A stretch of 32,000 nucleotides of DNA from Erysipelotrichaceae bacterium MTC7 (GCA_001695645.1 LVZN01000056.1:75333-107332), one strand, 5' to 3'. Shown: positions 22,859 through 31,979, numbered from the stretch's first letter. Notes: a model not told the origin generated them from the sequence alone. A program made the numbers and translations.

Positions 22859-23009
22859 AACTTGCTCCTTTACATTTCTTCTCGATGCGCAATTATTTCA
22901 TATTCATCTCTTAGAATTCTCTATATTAATGAATCTCTAGAAGTCTCTTCCTAGTTGTACACCTTACGAATTCTTCCTTTTCAATTGTATACCTACCTAT
23001 ACATTTTTC

Positions 23010-23038
23010 ACTTTATCATAGTTTTACTATAGTGTAAA
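23010..23038 (-). promoter_or_regulatory. Predicted promoter of the DUF2200-like genes (TTTACA-17-TGaTAAAGT)
   Basis: Minus strand TTTACA at 23038..23033, a 17-nt spacer, and TAAAGT at 23015..23010 preceded by TGA. It predicts a leader of about 145 nt. Confidence 0.4.
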
Positions 23039-23062
23039 AAAAATGACATTGATACATGCCAT
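23036..23062 (-). terminator. Weak rho-independent terminator after recA
   Basis: Minus strand ATGGCAT-GTATCA-ATGTCAT (7-bp stem with one G-U) followed by U8, 11 nt after the recA stop. Confidence 0.5.
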
Positions 23063-23073
23063 CTTTCTATTAT

Positions 23074-24111
23074 TTATGATGCTGCAACTTCCTCTTTTGG
23101 ACGAATTGCCTCGCGAACAAGTTGTGAGATTTCTTCCATCACATCTTTATTTTCTTTTAAATATGCTTTTGCACTTTCTTTTCCTTGTGCAATTTTATCT
23201 CCTTTATAAGAGAACCATGCTCCACTTTTTTGCACAATGTCGTGATCAACAGCTAAATCAAGAACTTCACCAACAAATGAAATTCCCTCTCCATACATGA
23301 TTTCTACTTGTGCTACTTTAAATGGCGGAGCAACTTTGTTTTTTACAACTTTGATATTCACTTTATTCCCAACAACATCTGTTCCAATTTTAATTGCTTC
23401 ACTACGACGAATATCAATACGCACAGATGAGTAGAATTTTAAAGCACGTCCCCCAGGTGTCGTTTCTGGGTTACCAAACATAATTCCTACTTTTTCACGT
23501 AGTTGGTTGATAAATAATGCGGTACATTCACTTTTGTTCATAACTCCAGCGAGTTTACGCATCGCTTTTGACATTAAACGCGCTTGTAAACCAACTTGTA
23601 AGTCACCCATTTCTCCATCAAGTTCAGCTTGTGGAACGAGTGCTGCAACCGAGTCAACAACAACTAAATCAATTGCACCCGAACGAATTAACATTTCACA
23701 AATCTCTAAGGCTTGTTCCCCAGAATCTGGTTGTGATAAAACAAGTTCATCAATATTTACCCCAAGATTTTTCGCATATAAAGGATCAATGGCATTTTCC
23801 ACATCAATAAATGCAGCACGTCCACCTTTTTTTTGTACCTCTGCAATTGCGTGTAATGCAAGTGTTGTTTTCCCACTTGATTCTGGTCCATAGATTTCAA
23901 TGATTCTTCCTTTTGGATATCCTCCGATACCCAAAGCTTCATCAAGTTTGATACTTCCAGAACTAATTGCATCAACTGAAACATTGGCACGGTCCCCAAG
24001 TTTCATAATAGAACCTTTACCAAATTGTTTCTCGATTGCGCTAATCGCATCACTTAGTAAGGCATCTTTTTTTTCTTCAGCTTTTTTATCATCTACTTTT
24101 TTTGTTGCCAT
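23074..24111 (-). CDS. recA: Recombinase A
   Basis: 345 aa with Walker [10 protein letters not shown] and conserved blocks [27 protein letters not shown]-like, [12 protein letters not shown] and [10 protein letters not shown]. Confidence 0.98.
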   Translation of the reverse strand: MATKKVDDKKAEEKKDALLSDAISAIEKQFGKGSIMKLGDRANVSVDAISSGSIKLDEALGIGGYPKGRIIEIYGPESSGKTTLALHAIAEVQKKGGRAAFIDVENAIDPLYAKNLGVNIDELVLSQPDSGEQALEICEMLIRSGAIDLVVVDSVAALVPQAELDGEMGDLQVGLQARLMSKAMRKLAGVMNKSECTALFINQLREKVGIMFGNPETTPGGRALKFYSSVRIDIRRSEAIKIGTDVVGNKVNIKVVKNKVAPPFKVAQVEIMYGEGISFVGEVLDLAVDHDIVQKSGAWFSYKGDKIAQGKESAKAYLKENKDVMEEISQLVREAIRPKEEVAAS

Positions 24112-24127
24112 GATTTCCTCCTGTTAC

Positions 24128-24607
24128 CTATATATTCCCTGTATTCTTTGTATTTCCTAATAATGCTAAGACTTTTTCCACTAGGTAATCACAAACCGCT
24201 TGACGCACAGCATCACGATCGCCTGGAAAGATTTCTTCAAACACATACACCTTTCCACAAAAGAAGATTGCCATATCAACAAGTCCAACCGCTTTTCCTT
24301 CAAGCACATCTGGTCCCGCATTTCCGGTGCATGCAAGAACAATGTCTGCATGGATGTGGTTTGCTCCTTGGATTGCCATAGCCTTTGCACATTCTTTACT
24401 TACAACCCCATAGGTTGCAAGTAAGTTGTGTTCGATACCTAATACCTGTTCTTTCACTTCGCTCATATATGTTACAAAACCACCTTTGAGCACTTTGCTT
24501 GCACCAGGAACGGCACTCAACTTCGCACATAACAAGCCACCAGTGAGACTTTCAACGGTGGCGATGGTTAGGTTTTTTTCTTGTAGACAAGTAATCAACT
24601 TGTGCAT
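24128..24607 (-). CDS. cinA: CinA C-terminal-domain protein (nicotinamide-nucleotide amidase family)
   Basis: 159 aa with TIATVESLTGGLL and TGNAGP motifs. It contains only the PncC/CinA C-terminal domain. It lies 16 nt upstream of recA. Confidence 0.8.
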   Translation of the reverse strand: MHKLITCLQEKNLTIATVESLTGGLLCAKLSAVPGASKVLKGGFVTYMSEVKEQVLGIEHNLLATYGVVSKECAKAMAIQGANHIHADIVLACTGNAGPDVLEGKAVGLVDMAIFFCGKVYVFEEIFPGDRDAVRQAVCDYLVEKVLALLGNTKNTGNI

Positions 24608-25185
24608 TATTTACTCTCCATAATAAATTCTTTCATTTGCATGAAATATTTCACTCCACTAATCACAGAAACTAGTGTAGCTGCATAAACTAAGATTTGA
24701 TCAACTGGTAGATTCATTGCCACAAATGGCACATTTGATAATAATACAAAGATGATGGCAAACATTTGAAGCACCGTTTTCAGTTTTCCCCAAATACCAG
24801 CTGCCACGACAACACCTTTTTGTGCGGCCATCATGCGCATTCCATCTACCAATGTATCTCGCCAAATCATGATTACTACAGGCACTACGCTCACTTCACC
24901 ACTAACTGCCAACAAAATAAACAACGTATTGACGAGTAGTTTATCCGCAATCGGGTCAATGAACTTACCAAAACTTGTAATCAATTGGTATTTTCTTGCA
25001 ATATATCCATCTAAAAAATCTGTAAATGAAGCAATCGCAAAAATCACGAGTGCAATCACATTCTTTACAGGAAGAATGGTATCCATCACTTCCAGGTTTA
25101 CTAGTTGCAAATCAAGTACGTAAACACATACGATGATTGGCACTAATATCACCCGAAACAGTGATAGTTTATTTGGTACATTCAT
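24607..25185 (-). CDS. pgsA: CDP-diacylglycerol--glycerol-3-phosphate 3-phosphatidyltransferase
   Basis: 192 aa with the CDP-alcohol phosphatidyltransferase motif DFLDGYIARK...GKFIDPIADK and 4-5 TM helices. Confidence 0.9.
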   Translation of the reverse strand: MNVPNKLSLFRVILVPIIVCVYVLDLQLVNLEVMDTILPVKNVIALVIFAIASFTDFLDGYIARKYQLITSFGKFIDPIADKLLVNTLFILLAVSGEVSVVPVVIMIWRDTLVDGMRMMAAQKGVVVAAGIWGKLKTVLQMFAIIFVLLSNVPFVAMNLPVDQILVYAATLVSVISGVKYFMQMKEFIMESK

Positions 25186-25186
25186 G

Positions 25187-26146
25187 TTACTGTCCTTTCA
25201 CATTTAGCGTAAGGTCAATCACGTTGGTTGCAGATGCAACATTTGGATCAATGGTTACTTTTGTGCCATTGATAAAAATACTCACTTTTTCCGCTCCATA
25301 GTTTCCAAAGTTTAAGGTATAAACATCATTTGCCCCTACCGTTCCTGTATAAGCAACTTTACTTGTGCTGTTGTACACATCACCAGTAATGACCTCTTGT
25401 CCATTTAAATAGGCTCTAAACCATGTTTCAATCCCCGTTTCAATTTTTAACTCAAGGGTTAAAGGATCATTTAGTTTAAGACCTGTAATATCGTATGTAG
25501 AAGCATTGACTTGGCTAACCACCATGTCGCTTTTTGCTTCTTCTTCTTTTTCTTTATCATCTTCTTTATCAGAATCTGTTTCTGGTGTCGGTGTCGGTGT
25601 TACTTCAGATTGTTTATCGTTGTTTGCGTTTGTATCTTCTGGTGCAAACATATTGTTAAACATCGCAAATATGATAACACCTACGATTACCACAACAATA
25701 ACCAATAACGAAATCAGTGAAACATCGACTTTATTCTTACGAAATCTTGCCGATTGTTTTACATTTTGACGAATCGATTTTGCATCTTTTGTTGTCCCAA
25801 TAGGAGGTTCTGTATACGTCCGTGCTTTTGGCACTTCACGACGTTGTTTAATATTTTGATCAAGTTCTTCACGTTCTTGCATTGCCTTCATGGATAAAGT
25901 TTGTGTATACTCTTCTACACTTGTATCGTAAGCATCGCGAATATCATCGAAATTCACGCCCAAAACTTCAGCATACTTACGTACATAAAAACGCAGATAA
26001 CTGATATCATTTTCGAAAAAATCAAAATCCCCATTCTCAATTGCTTCAATTTGATCGGGACGCATTTTCGTCATCTTTTCAATATCTGCATATGTATATT
26101 TTTTTGCTATTCTTATATCCTTTAATTGTTGTCCAATTTCTTTCAT
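25187..26146 (-). CDS. rodZ: RodZ-like cytoskeleton-associated membrane protein (HTH + TM + C-terminal beta domain)
   Basis: The start is set at the ATG at 26146 (SD GAGGTG). It has an N-terminal XRE-type HTH (IGQQLKDIRIAKKYTYADIEKMT), a single TM (LISLLVIVVVIVGVIIFAMF), an acidic Thr/Pro/Asp/Glu/Lys linker and a C-terminal domain. Its position upstream of pgsA matches B. subtilis ymfM. Confidence 0.7.
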   Translation of the reverse strand: MKEIGQQLKDIRIAKKYTYADIEKMTKMRPDQIEAIENGDFDFFENDISYLRFYVRKYAEVLGVNFDDIRDAYDTSVEEYTQTLSMKAMQEREELDQNIKQRREVPKARTYTEPPIGTTKDAKSIRQNVKQSARFRKNKVDVSLISLLVIVVVIVGVIIFAMFNNMFAPEDTNANNDKQSEVTPTPTPETDSDKEDDKEKEEEAKSDMVVSQVNASTYDITGLKLNDPLTLELKIETGIETWFRAYLNGQEVITGDVYNSTSKVAYTGTVGANDVYTLNFGNYGAEKVSIFINGTKVTIDPNVASATNVIDLTLNVKGQ

Positions 26147-26177
26147 CTCACACCTCGAAATATGCATACTCTCCACT

Positions 26178-26206
26178 ATTATAGCAACTTCATAACCATA
26201 AGTAAA
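26178..26206 (-). promoter_or_regulatory. Predicted promoter of rodZ-pgsA-cinA-recA (TTTACT-17-TATAAT)
   Basis: Minus strand TTTACT at 26206..26201, a 17-nt spacer, and TATAAT at 26183..26178. This places the transcription start (TSS) downstream of the track's GTG (26176), which supports the ATG at 26146. Confidence 0.6.
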
Positions 26207-26208
26207 AC

Positions 26209-26232
26209 AAAAAGGAAACCGGAGTTTCCTTT
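26209..26232 (-). terminator. Rho-independent terminator of rnpB
   Basis: Minus strand AAGGAAAC-TCCG-GTTTCCTT (8-bp stem) followed by TTTGTTTT, immediately after the RNase P RNA P1 3' strand. Confidence 0.8.
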
Positions 26233-26582
26233 ATAAATAACGCATATAAGCCATGTTCTGTACTCCGAAGAGTGGTAACCATTTATCTACACTTACGTGT
26301 CCCTATTGAACTTCGTTTTGTTCGCTAGAGTTCCCCTACCAAAATTTGGGTTTCTCGCTTGTGGGGTTTACCCGTTCCAGTCTTTACGTTTCCATAAAGC
26401 ATCGTCACTGTGGCACTTTTAAAGACGCTATCCATAGTTGCCCTTAGGATCTTGTCAGCCGTTAGCTTACGCTACCTAGATTTATTTTTTCATCTAGCAC
26501 AAACACTACAGTCATCACAGACTGTGCGAGCATGGACTTTCCTCTACTTTTGCAAGCAGCGATTACCCTGCGTTATTTTTAA
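26233..26582 (-). ncRNA. rnpB: RNase P RNA, bacterial type B
   Basis: The minus strand carries the universally conserved blocks GAGGAAAGTCCATGCTCGCAC, AGTGCCACAGTGACGA, GGTAAACCCC, GAGCGAGAAACCCAAATTTTGGTAGGGGAAC and ACAGAACATGGCTTA. Order and spacing match B. subtilis RNase P RNA. P1 is formed by AAATAACGCA (26578..26569) and TGCGTTATTT (26244..26235). The ends are approximate, within about 5 nt. Confidence 0.92.
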
Positions 26583-26883
26583 AAACTTCAGCTTCTAGAT
26601 TTGAGATACGTTTTAACATATCAATATAATCTACTTGTACTTGTTTATCACATTCATAGTTTAATTGTGCTTCAAGTTCTTTGATTTTCTGTTGCAGTTT
26701 TTTGTTTTCATCTTCATATCGATGCAAATGTTGACCCAATTCTTCAACGTATGCACTATATGCTTCATAATCTTCAATAATTTTATCTAAAAAACTGTCG
26801 ACTTCACCTGTTGCATAACCTTTCATATCAATATGAAATTGCTTATCCAGTATGTCCTTAATCGTTAAATTGTATCTTTCCAT
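26563..26883 (-). CDS. gpsB: DivIVA-domain cell-cycle protein GpsB
   Basis: 106 aa from the ATG at 26883 (SD GAAGGTGA). It has the DivIVA N-terminal motif LTIKDILDKQFHIDMKGYATGEVDSFLDKIIEDYE plus a C-terminal coiled coil. It is adjacent to rnpB and divergent from recU-ponA, as in B. subtilis. Confidence 0.8.
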   Translation of the reverse strand: MERYNLTIKDILDKQFHIDMKGYATGEVDSFLDKIIEDYEAYSAYVEELGQHLHRYEDENKKLQQKIKELEAQLNYECDKQVQVDYIDMLKRISNLEAEVFKNNAG

Positions 26884-26992
26884 AATATCACCTTCTTCAG
26901 TTTCGCAAATTATGGAGGAAAAAGCAAGCACAAGCACCTTTTTTTATTATCGTACATGTCTTTTTCGTGTATAATATAGAATAGGTGAAATT

Positions 26993-27601
26993 ATGATAAA
27001 CTATCCAACCAAGAAAAAACGCGTCGTTCACGCAACGACAACAAAAAGCAACCAGCGAGGAATGAATCTAGAAAAAGACCTCAACGATTCCAATACGTAC
27101 TATCGCGAAATTGGTCGTGCCTTGATTTATAAAAAGCCAACGCCCGTACAAATTGTTCGTGTGGATTATCCCAAACGAACGGCAGCGAAGATCGTGGAAG
27201 CCTATTATAAGACACCAAGTACAACGGATTACAACGGGATTTACAAAGCAACCTACATTGACTTTGAAGCAAAAGAAACAACAAGCAAAACATCCTTTGC
27301 GTTTCGAAACATTCATGAACATCAAATCACCCATTTACAAGCAGTGCAAGATCATGGTGGTATTGCTTTTCTAGTGATTCGTTTCATTGCTTACAATGAA
27401 ACCTATTTGTTGGATGCTAGTTACATTATTGAACAAGCAAAGCACAGTAAATCCATATCCTATGAAACGATTAAGAGACATGGATATCAAATTGATGAAT
27501 CATATACCCCACGTTTAAAGTATTTGGATGTGGTGGACCTTGTATACTTTAAGGAGGACGCTCATGGCGATCAAAAAACCAAACTTGCCAAAGAAAAATA
27601 A
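26993..27601 (+). CDS. recU: Holliday junction resolvase RecU
   Basis: 202 aa with RGMNLEKDLNDSN, the DFEAKET catalytic region and HQITHL. It lies upstream of and overlapping ponA. SD AGGTGA. Confidence 0.85.
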   Translation: MINYPTKKKRVVHATTTKSNQRGMNLEKDLNDSNTYYREIGRALIYKKPTPVQIVRVDYPKRTAAKIVEAYYKTPSTTDYNGIYKATYIDFEAKETTSKTSFAFRNIHEHQITHLQAVQDHGGIAFLVIRFIAYNETYLLDASYIIEQAKHSKSISYETIKRHGYQIDESYTPRLKYLDVVDLVYFKEDAHGDQKTKLAKEK

Positions 27602-30446
27602 AGCTGCAAGTCATAAAAAAACAAAATCAAAAATATCTGGTAGACGGATTGTCAATACGATTTGTATTGTCATTCTAGCTGGGATGATGCTTGTTAGTGT
27701 TACAGGATTTGTAATGTTGCAAGACATTTTATCGAAAAAAGAAAGCGAGCGCAGCGGTTTAACTGCAGATGCCTCATCACGAATTTATGCAAGTGATGGA
27801 ACCTTAATTGCTACATTAGCACTTGAAGATGGAGTTCGTGAAAACGTAAAACTCGAAGAAATTCCTAACAACATCATTGATGCGTTTCTAGCAATTGAAG
27901 ATTCACGTTACTTTGATCATAATGGATTTGACTTGCCTCGATTCATTAAATCAGGGATGAACAACTTACGCGTTGGGGGAATTAGCCAAGGTGGATCAAC
28001 CTTAACGATGCAACTTGTTGATAACGCAAACATGCTAAAACTAACGGAAGAACAAAAAAATGAAGCGAACACCTTAACGAAAATCGAATGGAAGATTCAA
28101 GAAATCTTTAACGCGATGGAACTTGAAGGTGAAGAAAGTAAGAATGAAATCCTTGAAAATTACCTAAACAAGATCAATTTTGGAGGACCCGCTCGTGGAA
28201 TTGAAAAAGGTGCAGAATACTACTTTGGTAAATCGGTAAGTGATATTAACCTTGGAGAAGCAGCTTTCTTAGCGGGTGTCATCAATGCCCCGTCAACAAA
28301 CAACCCATACAATGGAGTTACTTCTTATCCACAAACAGATGATGCAGGAAATGCTGTCTTAAACGAAGCTGGTCAACAAGTTGGCGTTGTTAGTGTTAAT
28401 CACTACGATGCTGCAGTTGAACGTAGAAACCAAACGCTTTACCAAATGTTAAATCATGGTTACATTACAACAGACGAATACAATCTGGCTAAAGCTGAAG
28501 TACTTGCATTCCAACTAAATGGTGCCGCAAACTTCCAAGTTGATGAGTTTGAAAGTTTCATTCAATATACAACAAACGAGGCAATTGAAAAAACTGGCCT
28601 TGATCCATATACGACACCAATGGATATCTACACAACGATGGACATCGAATCACAAAAACTAGCCGATAGTATTTGTAATAGCGATGCAGTTGACTACACG
28701 GGAACTCCATTTAACCTGACGGAACAATACGATGAACGTTTTCAAACAGGATTCACCTTAATGAATAACCAAACTGGTGAAATCCTTGCCTTTGGTGGTG
28801 GACGTGGTGATATTACAAAAAACCGTGCTTGGGACCAAGATCAACAGCCAGGGTCAACCGCTAAACCAATTATGGAATATGCAGCAGCCTTTGATGTCTT
28901 AGGTTATTCAACACAACACGTACTCGAAGATGGACCAACCGACTATACAGATTCTGGCGTGCTATGGAATGCAGATCGAAAATTTAGAGGGGATGTTGAT
29001 TTAAAAGAAGCAATCAACCACTCGCTTAACGTTCCAGCCTTTAAGACGCTACAAGCACTTGTCAATGAAATTGGTATGGATGGTGTCAAAGAATACATGA
29101 GAAAACTAGGTATTTCTGAAGAAATCATTAATAATTTCGTAATGGCATATTCAATTGGTGGTGGAGACTTACGAATGACTCCACTTCAACTTGCCGATGC
29201 ATTTACGGCATTTGCCAACAAAGGTAACCGTGTAACGGCTTATGCAATTAAAGAAATCAAGTTCCAAGATACAACAATTAAAAACTACAAAGCGAAACAG
29301 GAAGAAACAAAAGTGTACTCTGAAGGAGCGGCTTGGTTAATGTCCTACATGTTAGCAGGAGCGGTTGATGAAGGTTGGGGTAATATTAATTCATTTACCA
29401 ATGCACCTTACCGCATCTATGCAAAAACAGGAACTTCATCATATGAAGAAGATGCTTACCTGTATGAATATCCTGAGGGATCCGCAAAAGATAAGTGGAT
29501 CGTTGGATACACGGATAAGTACACCGTTTCCGTTTGGGCTGGTTATGATAAAGGAGTGCTTGGTGAAGACAACTACCTTGATGACTATAAAGTCATGAAC
29601 TGGAATTTAGAAGGTCGCATTGCAAGAACAATGCTTGATCAAATTACAAACAATGGCGAAGATGCTTCCAGTGAAATGTTAGTTCAACCAAGTGATGTAT
29701 CAACAATCAGTTATACAAAAGGTACTTGGCCATATGCAACAACAGCAAACAATGATACACAAGGTTACATCCTTAAAAAGTATGCTGGAAACTTAAAAGC
29801 CATTGCACCAGATGCACTTAGTGATCCTTCAAGCATTACCGTAACATTTAAAGATGGAAAAATTGAATATTCCATGACTCCATATCCAAATGCTGATGCC
29901 TTAAAAGAAAAAAGTCATGAGAAAACCATGTCTGCAAAAGGTGAAACTGCAACTGGAAAACTATGGTTTGATAAGTCCTTTATCTTTGGTGTTGTTCAGT
30001 ACAAATACACAATTAAACTTAACGGTAATGAACTTGAGACTGTAAGTTCAGAATCGGAAAAAGGAACCTACGATAAAATCCCAGCAGAGGCAAAAACTGG
30101 AGATAAAATGGAAGTCTGCGGTTTCTATCAATACTCAAAAATTGATACGAAATCAAACCAAGTTTGTGCAACTGTCAACGTGGAAAAGAAAGCCAATCCA
30201 GTTGGATCGGACTTCTTGAATCTATTTATTGAAGGAATGTCATACGCCGATGTAAGTAAAAATATAAGAGCGTACATGAAAACTAACTTCCCAGATATCA
30301 AATATATCATACAAGAGGATAAAACAGCTAAGTTAGGAACGATGGGAGAAAAAACAGATATCACTCCTGGCATGGTCCTTGATTCTAATAAAACGTATAT
30401 AATTGCTATCGGTAGTAAATCCGATTCGACAATAACAGGACAATAA
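27564..30446 (+). CDS. ponA: Class A penicillin-binding protein (glycosyltransferase + transpeptidase) with long C-terminal extension
   Basis: The start is set at the ATG at 27564 (SD AAGGAGGA). It has an N-terminal TM. GT51 motifs: EDSRYFDHNGFD, GGSTLTMQL. Transpeptidase motifs: PGSTAKP (SxxK), HSLN (SxN) and KTGTS. About 330 aa follow the KTG motif. Confidence 0.9.
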   Translation: MAIKKPNLPKKNKAASHKKTKSKISGRRIVNTICIVILAGMMLVSVTGFVMLQDILSKKESERSGLTADASSRIYASDGTLIATLALEDGVRENVKLEEIPNNIIDAFLAIEDSRYFDHNGFDLPRFIKSGMNNLRVGGISQGGSTLTMQLVDNANMLKLTEEQKNEANTLTKIEWKIQEIFNAMELEGEESKNEILENYLNKINFGGPARGIEKGAEYYFGKSVSDINLGEAAFLAGVINAPSTNNPYNGVTSYPQTDDAGNAVLNEAGQQVGVVSVNHYDAAVERRNQTLYQMLNHGYITTDEYNLAKAEVLAFQLNGAANFQVDEFESFIQYTTNEAIEKTGLDPYTTPMDIYTTMDIESQKLADSICNSDAVDYTGTPFNLTEQYDERFQTGFTLMNNQTGEILAFGGGRGDITKNRAWDQDQQPGSTAKPIMEYAAAFDVLGYSTQHVLEDGPTDYTDSGVLWNADRKFRGDVDLKEAINHSLNVPAFKTLQALVNEIGMDGVKEYMRKLGISEEIINNFVMAYSIGGGDLRMTPLQLADAFTAFANKGNRVTAYAIKEIKFQDTTIKNYKAKQEETKVYSEGAAWLMSYMLAGAVDEGWGNINSFTNAPYRIYAKTGTSSYEEDAYLYEYPEGSAKDKWIVGYTDKYTVSVWAGYDKGVLGEDNYLDDYKVMNWNLEGRIARTMLDQITNNGEDASSEMLVQPSDVSTISYTKGTWPYATTANNDTQGYILKKYAGNLKAIAPDALSDPSSITVTFKDGKIEYSMTPYPNADALKEKSHEKTMSAKGETATGKLWFDKSFIFGVVQYKYTIKLNGNELETVSSESEKGTYDKIPAEAKTGDKMEVCGFYQYSKIDTKSNQVCATVNVEKKANPVGSDFLNLFIEGMSYADVSKNIRAYMKTNFPDIKYIIQEDKTAKLGTMGEKTDITPGMVLDSNKTYIIAIGSKSDSTITGQ

Positions 30447-30453
30447 ACAAAAG

Positions 30454-30493
30454 AAATGCTTACCCAGATGGAAGTCTATGGTAAGCATTTTTT
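30454..30493. terminator. Bidirectional rho-independent terminator between convergent ponA and GIY-YIG genes
   Basis: AAATGCTTACC-(15-nt loop)-GGTAAGCATTT (11-bp stem). It is flanked by TTTTTT on the plus strand and TTTCTTTTGTTT on the minus strand. Confidence 0.8.
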
Positions 30494-30806
30494 AATCATT
30501 AAGATATGTTTCTAAACTAACGGGATATGCTTGCTGATATATTTCATCAACAAGACTGGTTGGTGTTACAATCAATTGTTCTTTTTGTTGTTTCGATAAA
30601 TGTTTAATTTTATACTCGAGTTTACTCGCTTGACTACGATTTTGACAAGTCCATAACGCTTCTAAGGAAACCACATTACGCACCCTTGTATATTTGGCAG
30701 CTTTTTCACTTTTGAAGTAATGTTCTTTTAGTCGTTTATGAATATCCGTTGTGATACCTGTATAAATAGAATCATCATCACAACGAATCATGTAGATGTA
30801 ATACAT
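30492..30806 (-). CDS. GIY-YIG nuclease-superfamily protein (UPF0213-like)
   Basis: 104 aa starting MYYIYMIRCDDDSIYTGITTDIHKRLKEH (GIY-YIG motif), then RSQASKLEYKIK. Confidence 0.75.
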   Translation of the reverse strand: MYYIYMIRCDDDSIYTGITTDIHKRLKEHYFKSEKAAKYTRVRNVVSLEALWTCQNRSQASKLEYKIKHLSKQQKEQLIVTPTSLVDEIYQQAYPVSLETYLND

Positions 30807-30813
30807 AAATCTA

Positions 30814-31869
30814 TTACAACTCTGCTAGAGTTGGTGCATCTAGTTCTCTAATGAATTGAACTGCTAGCTTGATGGTGTTTTCCACGTCGTTTGCTGAAAT
30901 GTACCCGCAGTGCGTGTGTGCATAACGTGTTGGAATCCCCAAAACTAAACATGGAGTTCCTTCATTTGCCACATGTATCGCTGCGCCATTGGTTGAACCA
31001 GCTTTACGAACTGCGCATTGATAGGGAATGTCGTATTTTTTTGCGACTTCTTTAGCTCTTGCAATGCAAGCAGGATTGGAAATCATTCCGCTGTCGATGT
31101 ATCGAATTTGTGGCCCAGCGTGTAATTTACCTTGTGGGTGTGCAATATCACTATACACATCATCTGCTGGTGAACCTTCAAAAATAATAGCGATATCTGG
31201 TTTTATTTTATTGGTACTTATTTTTGCCCCTCGTGTTCCTACTTCTTCTTGGGCGGCAATTGCTCCAACTACCTGTACTGCCAACTTTTGATTGGTTAAT
31301 GCATGGAGTGTTTCAAGTACACAGTAACAACCAATTCGGTTATCAAATGCTTTCCCCATAAACAAACCTGTTTCCTGAATTTCTTCTAGATACACTTCAG
31401 GGGCAACAGGATCCCCCAATGAAACATGAAATACATCGATGACTTCTTGTTTACAAGTCGCACCAATATCCACAAAAATATCATCCATTTCTAAAGCTTG
31501 CTCTCTTTGTTTGGCATTCATAAAATGTGGTGGTCGTGATGTTGTCGTCCCTTTTATGTGTTTCCCATCACGTGTTTTGATGACAAGGCGGTGTGCAGGT
31601 ATCGTGTGTACAATCCAACCACCAAGTGGAATGATTGCTAGTAAACCATTTTCACAAATATCTTGTACCATAAAACCAACTTCATCACTATGTGCATCCA
31701 ACATCAAAACGGGTAAAGTGCTGTCTTGTTGATTCACATAGACATTTTTCATCGTATCCACTTCAACATCCAGTGTGGTGTTTTTTTTAATGACTTCAAT
31801 CACATCTTCTTCATGACCAGAAGGTCCAAATGCATTACTCAATGCTTCCAGTAATTGTTTGTTCATCAT
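30814..31869 (-). CDS. M42-family metallo-aminopeptidase (CelM/FrvX/YsdC-like)
   Basis: 351 aa with SNAFGPSGHEEDV, MLDAHSDEVGFMV, KAFDNRIGC and AQEEVGTRGA motifs typical of M42 glutamyl aminopeptidase/endoglucanase-like proteins. Confidence 0.85.
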   Translation of the reverse strand: MMNKQLLEALSNAFGPSGHEEDVIEVIKKNTTLDVEVDTMKNVYVNQQDSTLPVLMLDAHSDEVGFMVQDICENGLLAIIPLGGWIVHTIPAHRLVIKTRDGKHIKGTTTSRPPHFMNAKQREQALEMDDIFVDIGATCKQEVIDVFHVSLGDPVAPEVYLEEIQETGLFMGKAFDNRIGCYCVLETLHALTNQKLAVQVVGAIAAQEEVGTRGAKISTNKIKPDIAIIFEGSPADDVYSDIAHPQGKLHAGPQIRYIDSGMISNPACIARAKEVAKKYDIPYQCAVRKAGSTNGAAIHVANEGTPCLVLGIPTRYAHTHCGYISANDVENTIKLAVQFIRELDAPTLAEL

Positions 31870-31924
31870 ACATCCTCCATTACGTTGTTTCCATTATACA
31901 ACGATATCGATACGCGAAAAAGAA

Positions 31925-31979
31925 GGGGCTGTGACAGATAGGCATATTTAGCCAAATCTGGAGCACAGCTCCTTTTTTT
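31925..31979. terminator. Long imperfect hairpin with U/A tracts (probable terminator of a gene to the right of the window)
   Basis: GGGGCTGTG (31925..31933) pairs with CACAGCTCC (31964..31972), with inner pairs CAGAT/ATCTG and GGC/GCC. It is followed by T7 on the plus strand and TTCTTTTTCG on the minus strand. No plus-strand gene lies upstream of it in the window. Confidence 0.3.

Noticed and set aside
23507-24160. Several plus-strand ORFs (80-128 aa) antisense to recA
   Set aside because: They lie antisense to one of the most conserved bacterial genes. They have no SD, and such shadow ORFs are typical of AT-rich sequence.
24112-24300. Looked for a LexA/Cheo box (GAAC-N4-GTTC) upstream of recA
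   Set aside because: None is present in the 16-nt cinA-recA gap or in the last ~180 nt of cinA, nor at the rodZ promoter (26178..26206). Absence in a by-eye scan is weak evidence, so I make no claim about SOS regulation.
25506-25769. Two plus-strand ORFs (87 and 65 aa) antisense to rodZ
   Set aside because: They arise from the repetitive GA/TC-rich sequence that encodes the acidic Thr/Pro/Asp/Glu/Lys linker of RodZ. They have low-complexity translations and no SD.
26884-26992. Divergent promoter pair in the gpsB/recU spacer
   Set aside because: A TATAAT (26970..26975) with a weak -35 (TTATCG) is plausible for recU. I could not find a convincing -35/-10 pair for gpsB, so I left both unannotated as features.
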